Source of the DNA: Firmicutes bacterium UBA1393
Lineage (GTDB): Bacteria; Bacillota; DTU025
Direction of reading: 5' to 3'
DNA length: 32,000 bases
Assembly (NCBI GenBank): GCA_002305255.1
Contig: DBQN01000065.1
Coordinates: 2,529 to 34,528 of the forward strand
Shown here: one piece after another, positions 1 to 7,127 of the stretch
Position numbering within the stretch: the stretch's first letter is position 1
Layout of the letters: each line of letters starts with the position of its first letter
The notes under the pieces: model-generated
Told to the model about the DNA's origin: nothing
Seen by the model: only the letters and a program-made list of their open reading frames with translations
Databases searched by the model: none
Made by a program: the position numbers and the translations under genes

Positions 1-419
1 ATGACACGATCGCACGAGCTTCCAGACGGGCGCGGATCGCCTTGTCACCGGCCACTGCAGCAACTGCGGCAACCGAGACAACTGCGGCATCAGCCTCTTC
101 CACGCCGAGCGCTGCGCCGGGCTCTCTGTCGCCCTCGGCTCCCCGCCCTGCCATCGCCCTACCACTCTGGCCGCGGCCTCAGCGGCCCAAGCCGCGTGGG
201 ATGCAGGCAGCGGACTAGTGAGCACTGCCATGTCGCAGCGGGCTGCGAGGTTCATGTATCTCCAGGCCGCCTCGGGGTCGGCAGCCACGTGAACCGACAC
301 CCGATCAGGCTCGATCAACAAGAAGACATGGAACATGGACTGCCTCCATCATGGCGTCGTTGTTGCGATTCGCCAGTTGGCTGCATATCCCTGCCATGTC
401 CGCCATAATCATACTGCTG

Positions 420-435
420 GCTAGCCCCGGCTAGC
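420..435 (-). terminator. Short GC-rich hairpin just 3' of the recD2 stop (weak terminator candidate)
   Basis: Inverted repeat GCTAGCC/GGCTAGC begins 7 nt after the TAA at 443-445. No clear U-tract follows, so the call is weak. Confidence 0.25.
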
Positions 436-442
436 TCTTGCC

Positions 443-2620
443 TTAGCCCTTCTCGGTGTCGGCCTCCTGAAGTCGTCGCGCCAGGCGAGTCCGCCTCTGC
501 CCTACCTCGGCTCTGCGGATGGCTATGGCAAGCGCCTTCTTTGTGCCTACCATCACTACCATGCGCTTGGCCCTGGTGACGGCGGTGTAGATGAGGTTCC
601 TCTGAAGCATCACGAAGTGCTGAGTCGAAACCGGAACGACTATCGCCGCGTACTCGCTTCCCTGGCTCTTGTGGACTGACACGCAATACGCCATCACGAG
701 CTCGTCAAGGTCGCCCTGGTCGTAGATCACATCTCTGTCGCCTTCCGGATCACTGAATCTCACTCTGATCTGGCACTCTTCGGGGTCTACCCATACGACT
801 CGACCCACGTCGCCGTTCCACACTCTGCGCTCATAGTTGTTGCGCACCTGCATGACCTTGTCGCCGCGCCGGAACGCTCCACCTCCGCCCCTCAGCTCCG
901 GGGCACCGGCGCGCGGCGGGTTAAGAGCCTCCCGCAACAGCACGTTGAGGTTGTCCACTCCGGTCAGCGACCGTCTCATGGGAGAGAGCACCTGGATGTC
1001 GTCGACCGGATCACACTGGAGCCTGCGAGGCAGTCGCTGAGCTACCATGTTGACCACTGCCGCGGCCGCGCGTTCAGGATCAGGCTCCTCCACGAAGACG
1101 AAGTCCTGCGCTCCGCGGAATTCCGGGAACTCGCCCCTGTTGATCCTGTGCGCGTTGGTCACAATCATGCTGCCCGCAGCCTGCCTGAACACCTCGTCGA
1201 GGTTGACGACAGGCACCACACCGGAGGCGATTATGTCACGTAGTACGTTTCCGGCCCCCACCGAGGGGAGCTGGTCGGCATCGCCCACCAAGAGCAGCCT
1301 GCAGCCCGGCTTTATCGCCTTGAGTAGGTTGTACATGAGGATGATGTCTATCATCGACACCTCATCGACAACCACGGCATCGCATTCCAGCGGGTTAGAC
1401 GGCCCGCGCCCGAAGCGCCAGCCTTCTTCGCCCGGCTCGAACTCAAGTAGCCTGTGGATTGTGCGAGACCGCCTGCCCGTGGCCTCAGCCATCCGCTTGG
1501 CGGCCCTGCCTGTGGGCGCAGCCAGCTGCACTTTCATCTTTCTAGCCTCTAACAAGTCCATGAGCACCCTGAGGGTTGTAGTCTTTCCGGTGCCCGGTCC
1601 GCCCGTCAAGACCATCACGCCTGACACGAAGGCGCGTTCTATCGCCTCGCGCTGAGCCCGCCCGAGCCTGATCCCTGCTGATGCCTGCACGGCATCGAGA
1701 CTCTCGCTGTCTACCTTGTCTAGCTGCCACATCCGTGCGTGCGCCAGCTCTGTGAGGCGAGCGGACACGCCGCGCTCTGCGTGGAAGAATGGAGCCAGGT
1801 ACACTGCATCGTCTTCCACGAACACGTGTCCCTGGCCTTTCAGAGCTTCGATGGCGTCTTCGACGCGCGCGGCGTCCACCTTGAGTTCCTGGGCAACAGC
1901 CGCCACCACATCCGCCCTTGGCTGATAGCAGTGGCCCTCGTCCGCACAGCGGCTCAGCCAGTATTTCACGGCCGATGCCGCACGGTGAGGCGAATCCGGC
2001 GCGATGCCTACCTCGCGCGCGATCTTGTCAGCAGTGCGGAAACCGATGCCCGGCACGTCGTCGGCCAACTGGTAGGGGTTGCGGCTAACGACATCGATGG
2101 ATCTGTCGCCATAGCGGCGGAATATCCTAGCAGCGTAGGCTGGGCTTACTCCATGCGACTGCAGGAACACCATGACCTGCTGCACCGCCCGATGCTCCTC
2201 CACAGCACGCCTGATTCTCTCGGCCTTCTTGGGCCCCACGCCCGCCACACTGAGCAGCGCCTCAGGGCGCTGCTCGATGACGGCCAGCGTATCAAGGCCA
2301 AACGCCTTCACCAAGCTCCTGGCCGTGGCGGGGCCTATGCCCTTGATCAGGCCAGATCCCAGATACTTCTCGATACCGACCAACGTGGCCGGGGCGATGG
2401 TCTCGACCTGCTCCACCTTGAGCTGTTTGCCGTAGGTCTTGTGGCTGACCCATGTGCCATGGATCCTGACGGCCTGTCCCACCACTGCTGTTGGCATGGA
2501 TCCGACAGCAGTGATCTCACGGCCGTCTCTGCAGGTCACCCGCGCGACCGTGTACATCGTGTCATCATTGCGGAACGTCACTCGCTCGATGACGCCTTCC
2601 ACCGTGTCCAGCCTGGCCAC
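443..2620 (-). CDS. recD2: RecD2-type ATP-dependent DNA helicase (RecD-like, YrrC family)
   Basis: N-terminal 'VTFRNDDTMYTVARV' OB-like start and repeated helix-hairpin-helix segments ('GIGPATARSLV', 'GVGPKKAERI', 'VPGIGFRTADKIA'). Walker A 'LTGGPGTGKTT', 'VVVDEVSMID', and C-terminal 'SVHKSQGSEY' plus 'TAVTRAKR'. The longest ORF (start 2755) would overlap metK by 46 nt. The in-frame GTG at 2620, preceded by GAAGGCGAG, gives the usual N-terminus and is preferred. Confidence 0.9.
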   Translation of the reverse strand: MARLDTVEGVIERVTFRNDDTMYTVARVTCRDGREITAVGSMPTAVVGQAVRIHGTWVSHKTYGKQLKVEQVETIAPATLVGIEKYLGSGLIKGIGPATARSLVKAFGLDTLAVIEQRPEALLSVAGVGPKKAERIRRAVEEHRAVQQVMVFLQSHGVSPAYAARIFRRYGDRSIDVVSRNPYQLADDVPGIGFRTADKIAREVGIAPDSPHRAASAVKYWLSRCADEGHCYQPRADVVAAVAQELKVDAARVEDAIEALKGQGHVFVEDDAVYLAPFFHAERGVSARLTELAHARMWQLDKVDSESLDAVQASAGIRLGRAQREAIERAFVSGVMVLTGGPGTGKTTTLRVLMDLLEARKMKVQLAAPTGRAAKRMAEATGRRSRTIHRLLEFEPGEEGWRFGRGPSNPLECDAVVVDEVSMIDIILMYNLLKAIKPGCRLLLVGDADQLPSVGAGNVLRDIIASGVVPVVNLDEVFRQAAGSMIVTNAHRINRGEFPEFRGAQDFVFVEEPDPERAAAAVVNMVAQRLPRRLQCDPVDDIQVLSPMRRSLTGVDNLNVLLREALNPPRAGAPELRGGGGAFRRGDKVMQVRNNYERRVWNGDVGRVVWVDPEECQIRVRFSDPEGDRDVIYDQGDLDELVMAYCVSVHKSQGSEYAAIVVPVSTQHFVMLQRNLIYTAVTRAKRMVVMVGTKKALAIAIRRAEVGQRRTRLARRLQEADTEKG

Positions 2621-2709
2621 CTCGCCTTCGCCCTCAACCGCCCTCGACCACCCCGAACCGCCCTCAGCCCTCGTTAGGCGCCTGTCGTACGCCGTTGGGC
2701 GCCTCAGGC

Positions 2710-3903
2710 CTACATGAGCGCCCTGACCCTGTCGGCTGCGTCGAGCCTCTCCCATGGCAGGTCAAGGTCGGGCCGTCCGAAATGACCGTACACCGACACC
2801 TGCTTGTAGATGGGCCTTCTGAGCTGGAACCTGTCGATGATAGCAGCCGGACGTAGGTCAAAGGCCTTGCCCACTATCTCAACGATCCTTGCCTCAGGCA
2901 CTGTGCCTGTGCCGAAGGTGTCAACGGCAATTGCCACCGGGCGCGCCACGCCGATGGCGTATGCCACCTGCACCTCGCACTTCGACGCCACACCGGCGGC
3001 CACCAGGTTCTTGGCCACGTGCCTTGCCGCATAGGCCCCCGAGCGGTCGACCTTGGTCGCATCCTTGCCCGACAACGCCCCTCCTCCATGCCTGCACATG
3101 CCGCCGTATGTATCCACGATCAGCTTGCGGCCTGTCAGGCCTGAATCAGCCGCGGGGCCACCCTTTTCAAACCTGCCGCTCGGATTCACCAGGATGCGCG
3201 GAGGTGCGCCCTTCACGTAGTCTGACACAACGGGCATGATCACGCGCTCGGTGATGTCGGCCGCCATCTGCTCAAGATCGACATTGGGGTCGTGTTGTGC
3301 CGACACAACCACGGTGTTTACGCGCACAGGGCGACCGTCTTCGTACTCTACAGTGACCTGAGTCTTGCCGTCGGGACGAAGGTAACCCAGGGTGCCGTCC
3401 TTTCTTACAGTCGCCATGCGCATGGCCATCCTGTGCGCAAGCGTAATAGGCAACGGCATGAGCTCAGGGGTTTCGGTACTCGCATAGCCGAACACCATCC
3501 CCTGGTCGCCCGCGCCCACCATGTCGTAAGCATCGCACGTCGGCCCGGCGCAACCTTGCCGCACCTCAAGCGACGTGTCGACAGCAGCCTGGATATCTGT
3601 CGACTGGCTGCCTATGGCCGTGATGACGCCGCATGTGTCTCCGTCGAATCCGAACTTGGCTCTGGTATAGCCAATCTCTTTCACGGTGGCCCTGACGATA
3701 TCCGGGATCTCCACATACTCGCAGCACGTGAGTTCACCCATCACCAGCACGAGCCCTGTTGTGGCACACACCTCACACGCCACTCGAGCTTTCGGATCCA
3801 GCTTCAGCAGCTCGTCAAGGATGGCATCGGCTACCTGGTCACAAACCTTGTCGGGATGCCCCTCGGTGACCGACTCTGACGTAAAAAGGCTCTTTGCGCT
3901 CAC
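2710..3903 (-). CDS. metK: S-adenosylmethionine synthetase
   Basis: Hallmark motifs '[16 protein letters not shown]', '[12 protein letters not shown]' and '[18 protein letters not shown]' in a full-length protein. GTG at 3903 has GGAGGG 7 nt upstream and yields the canonical '[18 protein letters not shown]' N-terminus. The ATG at 3918 has no SD. Confidence 0.95.
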   Translation of the reverse strand: MSAKSLFTSESVTEGHPDKVCDQVADAILDELLKLDPKARVACEVCATTGLVLVMGELTCCEYVEIPDIVRATVKEIGYTRAKFGFDGDTCGVITAIGSQSTDIQAAVDTSLEVRQGCAGPTCDAYDMVGAGDQGMVFGYASTETPELMPLPITLAHRMAMRMATVRKDGTLGYLRPDGKTQVTVEYEDGRPVRVNTVVVSAQHDPNVDLEQMAADITERVIMPVVSDYVKGAPPRILVNPSGRFEKGGPAADSGLTGRKLIVDTYGGMCRHGGGALSGKDATKVDRSGAYAARHVAKNLVAAGVASKCEVQVAYAIGVARPVAIAVDTFGTGTVPEARIVEIVGKAFDLRPAAIIDRFQLRRPIYKQVSVYGHFGRPDLDLPWERLDAADRVRALM

Positions 3904-3922
3904 AAGACCGCCCTCCATCTGT

Positions 3923-3950
3923 CATATACACTTACCTAATGTTACTACAA
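3923..3950 (-). promoter_or_regulatory. Candidate sigma-A-type promoter for metK
   Basis: Minus strand reads TTGTAG (3950-3945), 16 nt, TATATG (3928-3923), in a locally AT-rich patch just upstream of the metK SD. Match to consensus is only partial. Confidence 0.3.
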
Positions 3951-4026
3951 AACCATGGCAACCGCACTCGTCGGCACATACGCCTCAGCGCAGCGCCCAC
4001 GGCGGTGGCGCCAAGCACCCCGTTGT

Positions 4027-4070
4027 ACAGAAAGGAACGGCGCACATCTGCCGGATAGACAGCATGCGCC
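4027..4070 (-). terminator. Rho-independent terminator candidate after the 4135..5067 CDS
   Basis: Minus-strand hairpin GGCGCAUGCUGUC-UAUCC-GGCAGAUGUGCGCC (about 13 bp including G-U pairs and one bulged A), followed by GUUCCUUUCUGU. It starts 64 nt after the stop codon. Confidence 0.45.
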
Positions 4071-4134
4071 AGCCCCTCATCAGCTATTTGAACTAGACTG
4101 TGCCCCGCTGACCGGTCTCCTCGCTACTCCCTCG

Positions 4135-5067
4135 CTAGTTCGCGGCGGCCGCCTGCAGTGTGAGACCGAGCACCTTGGCAGACTGCATCACCGAGAGGAA
4201 CAGAGGAGTGCCCGCCTCCAGCTCGAGCTCGGGATTGGGGCTGAGGAAGCCTCCATCCTTGCCTATCACTGCGAACCTGCGGAGGCTGTCACTGGCTGCT
4301 ACCGTAGCCGCCACGTTGGCCGCGATGGCCGCAGTGTCGACTCCCAGGGTCACCGGAACTGAGTCCATGCCCTCGATGGTCGAGATCTCAACATCGACTC
4401 TGGCCTTCACGCCAGTCTTGGTCGGGCGGACGTTGTCGAGTACCCTGCCCATGACCACCGTGCCCTTTGGCACTACCAGGCGTCCTTCAGCCACGACATC
4501 CTCCATCACGACGAGGCGCACAGCATCGCCCGGACGCGACTTAGATGAGCTGAGCCCTGACTCTATTGCCAATTTGACGAGGGCGCCTTTAGGGAGCAAA
4601 GCGTAGTCCACGTTGGGCTTGCCTCCCGGGATCGTCAGGCTCATCAGCACGTCAAGACGCTGGCCTATGGAGCCCGATCCTCCCGTCCCTAGGATCCTGA
4701 GTTCCGCGTCATCGAGGGCAGGCACTATGGGCCTGTCGACGATGCTTCCGAACACGCTCCACTGTACCGCCTTGAGCTTGAACTTGAGGTTCATGCCGCC
4801 GGCGCGGTCACCCTGGACGAAGTTCCAGCACTGCTCCATCCTCTCGGGAAGGGTACCGGTACCTACCTTCCCGAACACAAGACGCTCTATGATCTCAAGC
4901 CTGTTGACTACCGCACCCTCTTGAATCGACCCGAAAAGCACCTGTTCCATGCCTACAAGTCGCTCAATGGGGCTGACCTGAGCGGCAACATTCATGCCGA
5001 GAGACACGAGTACCACGAGAAGGCAGGACAGAGCCGCTGCCGCGATGTGTGGGAATCCCCTGCGCAT
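4135..5067 (-). CDS. Secreted/periplasmic protein of unknown function
   Basis: 310-aa ORF with GGGAGG (5075-5080) 7 nt upstream of the ATG. The N-terminal hydrophobic signal ends in 'NVAAQ'. Two copies of an 'ERLV..EQ.LFG / ERLVFGKV' motif are followed by a beta-rich C-terminal half ('GDAVRLVVMEDVVAEGRLVVPKGTVVMGRV'). No family recognised. Confidence 0.6.
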   Translation of the reverse strand: MRRGFPHIAAAALSCLLVVLVSLGMNVAAQVSPIERLVGMEQVLFGSIQEGAVVNRLEIIERLVFGKVGTGTLPERMEQCWNFVQGDRAGGMNLKFKLKAVQWSVFGSIVDRPIVPALDDAELRILGTGGSGSIGQRLDVLMSLTIPGGKPNVDYALLPKGALVKLAIESGLSSSKSRPGDAVRLVVMEDVVAEGRLVVPKGTVVMGRVLDNVRPTKTGVKARVDVEISTIEGMDSVPVTLGVDTAAIAANVAATVAASDSLRRFAVIGKDGGFLSPNPELELEAGTPLFLSVMQSAKVLGLTLQAAAAN

Positions 5068-5102
5068 TCAACTACCTCCCAGTGAGCCACGGGCCTTAGG
5101 CC

Positions 5103-6581
5103 TCAGAATCTGATGGTGACCTCGGCCGTAGCAAGGTTCTTTGGCGTTTCGGATGAACCGACTTCCGAGAAATCGATAAGCTTGTAGCCGAGCAAGAGCG
5201 CGGTATCACCCATGAGTTTGTATCCGAAGTCAATTGATGTCACTGTGCGGGTTGCGTCAGCTCCCGACAGGCGGAGGGGTTCGTCGCTGGGCCAGCCGCC
5301 GAGCCCACCCCCGTCGTAGGCGTCGGACTTGGTCCATACCGCCCCGGAGGCGATCAAGTCACGCATGCGCTCGTACCTGTAGCCTGCCTGTAGAAATGCC
5401 GCATCGCCCAACAGGAGTTTGTAATCGATGACCAACGATGCCGTCGTCTGCAGGCTATCCCTCGACGCAGCGGAGCTTGCGCCCCTCTCATACAGCTCGT
5501 AGCCGGCCCTTACCGTCAGGGAGTCACCTGCCACTACGTTGCCGGTGATATCGGGCAGGGAGTATTTCACGTCGACCGACGTGACCGTTTCTTTCACGGC
5601 CTTGCCCGGTTCTGAGGCGGCCTCAGTCACCCTGGTTCCTACCGCGAAGCCGGCTTCATCTCGGTCACCTACGCGGACGCCCACTGCCGCAGACGTCTCA
5701 CGGTTGGACACGGCCTCATCAGTGAAGAAGGCAGCAGACACCTTCAGGATGTCGGCCAGATGCACGTTGGTGGATAGATCGAACCCGCTGCTCTCTGTCT
5801 TCGTAGGGGTCGCGGTCTCCTCGGGCGGGTCAGGCTTTGCCGGCCGTCTCGCCGCCTGGCTCGACAGAGCTACTGCCACGTTGCCTATGGGAGCGGGCAA
5901 CCCCAACTCGAATTGGGGATCAGGCAACGGGGCGGGCGGCTTCACACCCGATGAGAGCTGCGTAAGTATGCGCTCGATATCGCCTACTCCAGCGGCACCG
6001 GGCAACGGTGTCGATGCCGACGCTGCCGCAGTCACAGGCTGCTGTGCGCTGCCGTTTTGAGCGGGTTCCGATGGCACCAACGACAACACCAGGGCCGGCC
6101 CGCCGTTGGCGAGGGCGGCCGTCGACAGATCGAGACGCACCGAGACCGGAGTTCCGAAGCTCTGCCCGAACTCTTGAACCAAACCTGCTAGCAGCGCTGC
6201 CTGGCGCGGCGATACCGAAAGCACGCCGCCGGGGTTGTCATCCAGCCGAAGCGGGCCCTGACCCCCATCACCGTCTTGAGTCATGACCTGAATCACTCTA
6301 GTGACACCCGGGCCACCGATGCGGAGCACTGTGCGCTCGACACTGCTGGTCATCTGCTCGATCGACACGGGGTTGCCTCCGGTGTACAACGTTGCATCGT
6401 CAAGCTCCAACAGACCGCTGAGGCCGAGCTCACGGAGGGCATCGTAGCGCCAGTCGCCGGGATTCACAGGAGCTGACGCGGCGCCGCCTGCGATCACGGC
6501 GCAGGAAACCGATGCAACAACCGCAAGCGCCAAGGCTAACACCACCGCCAGCCCGAACTTGCTGCTGACCTTCGATAACAT
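5103..6581 (-). CDS. Putative outer-membrane beta-barrel protein (possible lipoprotein signal), unknown family
   Basis: ATG at 6581 is preceded by GGAGGTGA and gives a signal peptide 'MLSKVSSKFGLAVVLALALAVVASVSC' (lipobox-compatible 'SVSC'). An SLH-like remnant 'DWRYDALRELGLSGLL' and a P/A-rich middle follow. The C-terminal ~230 aa show an alternating hydrophobic pattern ending in 'TAEVTIRF' (terminal Phe, as in OMP beta-signals). The 98 extra codons of the longest ORF overlap the neighbouring YqgF-like CDS and look non-coding. Confidence 0.6.
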   Translation of the reverse strand: MLSKVSSKFGLAVVLALALAVVASVSCAVIAGGAASAPVNPGDWRYDALRELGLSGLLELDDATLYTGGNPVSIEQMTSSVERTVLRIGGPGVTRVIQVMTQDGDGGQGPLRLDDNPGGVLSVSPRQAALLAGLVQEFGQSFGTPVSVRLDLSTAALANGGPALVLSLVPSEPAQNGSAQQPVTAAASASTPLPGAAGVGDIERILTQLSSGVKPPAPLPDPQFELGLPAPIGNVAVALSSQAARRPAKPDPPEETATPTKTESSGFDLSTNVHLADILKVSAAFFTDEAVSNRETSAAVGVRVGDRDEAGFAVGTRVTEAASEPGKAVKETVTSVDVKYSLPDITGNVVAGDSLTVRAGYELYERGASSAASRDSLQTTASLVIDYKLLLGDAAFLQAGYRYERMRDLIASGAVWTKSDAYDGGGLGGWPSDEPLRLSGADATRTVTSIDFGYKLMGDTALLLGYKLIDFSEVGSSETPKNLATAEVTIRF

Positions 6582-6642
6582 TCGGCGTCCGTCACCTCCG
6601 TTCATCGATTTATGTACCCAGCTATATTCTCCGCATGATGCC

Positions 6643-7056
6643 CTATTCCTGCCCGCCGCGCCGTTGAGCGAAGTACCGAGTGGCCAAAACCTCGGCAACG
6701 TAGTCATCGAAAGGCCGGTCAGGGCTGCGGAGACCGGGAGGAAGGAACCGCGCAATGCCCCTTCCGGGGTTCTCCCTGAGATACCGTTCCCTTCCCTCCA
6801 TGGAAGAGCGATGCTCGTCCACCGTGACCACCGGAACACTGGTGACTTCTCTGAGGCGGCATAGGGTGTCGACACAGGCAGTCCTGTCGCCCACGACTAT
6901 CGTAGTTACCGCGTGTGTCGACATGATGCGGCGTGCGGAGTCGGCAAGCGCAGCAGCAGGCTCAACGCGTCGCGCCAGGAGCCCCCGTGTTGAGCTGACA
7001 ACCGCCATGCCCACCTTGTCCCTTCCGGGGTCGATCGCGAGAACGATCTCTTCTAT
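6643..7056 (-). CDS. YqgF/RuvX-like RNase H-fold nuclease (putative)
   Basis: Blocks 'IVLAIDPGRDKVGMAVV', 'TTIVVGDRT', 'VPVVTVDEHRSSMEGR' and 'DDYVAEVLATRYF' parallel the RuvX/YqgF blocks (DxG..K.iGvAv, ivVG.P, DERlsT.eA, a..iLq.yl). The first canonical start is GTG 7014, which would delete the Asp-containing first strand. An in-frame ATA at 7056 sits 9 nt after GGGAG and 2 codons after an in-frame TGA, so the start is uncertain. Confidence 0.55.
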   Translation of the reverse strand: MEEIVLAIDPGRDKVGMAVVSSTRGLLARRVEPAAALADSARRIMSTHAVTTIVVGDRTACVDTLCRLREVTSVPVVTVDEHRSSMEGRERYLRENPGRGIARFLPPGLRSPDRPFDDYVAEVLATRYFAQRRGGQE

Positions 7057-7084
7057 CGTTGATCACTCCCCAGTGATGCAAATG

Positions 7085-7110
7085 CCCCGGAGAGCCGTGG
7101 CTCTCCGGGG
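7085..7110 (-). terminator. Strong hairpin 3' of the SLH-barrel gene (terminator candidate)
   Basis: Perfect 11-bp inverted repeat CCCCGGAGAGC-CGTG-GCTCTCCGGGG, 17 nt after the stop at 7128-7130, followed on the minus strand by CAUUUGCAU (short, imperfect U-tract). Confidence 0.6.
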
Positions 7111-7127
7111 CATCGTGAGTCCACCGG

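Noticed and set aside
1-442. Candidate coding sequence downstream of recD2: plus-strand 135-aa ORF 1..408, and minus-strand frames starting at ATG 409, ATG 336 and ATG 154
   Set aside because: The plus ORF is P/R/C-rich junk. On the minus strand, 'MFHVFLLIEPDRVSVHVAADPEAAWRYMNLAARCDMA...' (from 336) degenerates into R/W/Q-rich sequence. A different frame from 154 ('MAGRGAEGDREPGAALGVEEADAAVVSVAAVAAVAGDKAIRARLEARAIV', running off the window) looks more protein-like. With frames changing and no recognisable family, I cannot support a gene call. It may be a 5' end of a real gene, or a frameshifted one.
1739-2677. 312-aa plus-strand ORF
   Set aside because: It is antisense to recD2, which has unambiguous helicase motifs. 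The translation is R/H/L-rich with no recognisable domain, so this is a shadow ORF.
2621-2755. 45-codon N-terminal extension of recD2 overlapping metK
   Set aside because: It would overlap the metK 3' end by 46 nt and adds an Arg/Gly-rich segment not seen in RecD2 proteins. GTG 2620 gives the usual N-terminus.
3919-4134. Possible SAM riboswitch in the 231-nt region upstream of metK
   Set aside because: On the minus strand I find a terminator-like hairpin for the upstream gene and a second small hairpin. None of the SAM-I/IV core strings occur in the right order. The GGCAACC and GGTGGCGCC strings occur only on the plus strand, the wrong orientation. The best promoter candidate sits right next to the SD, leaving no room for an aptamer. 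An Infernal/Rfam scan would settle it.
6582-6875. 98-codon N-terminal extension of the 590-aa ORF (5103..6875)
   Set aside because: The extension overlaps the YqgF-like CDS (6643..7056) in another frame and has W/R/S-rich junk-like composition. An internal ATG at 6581 has a GGAGGTGA SD and yields a proper signal peptide.
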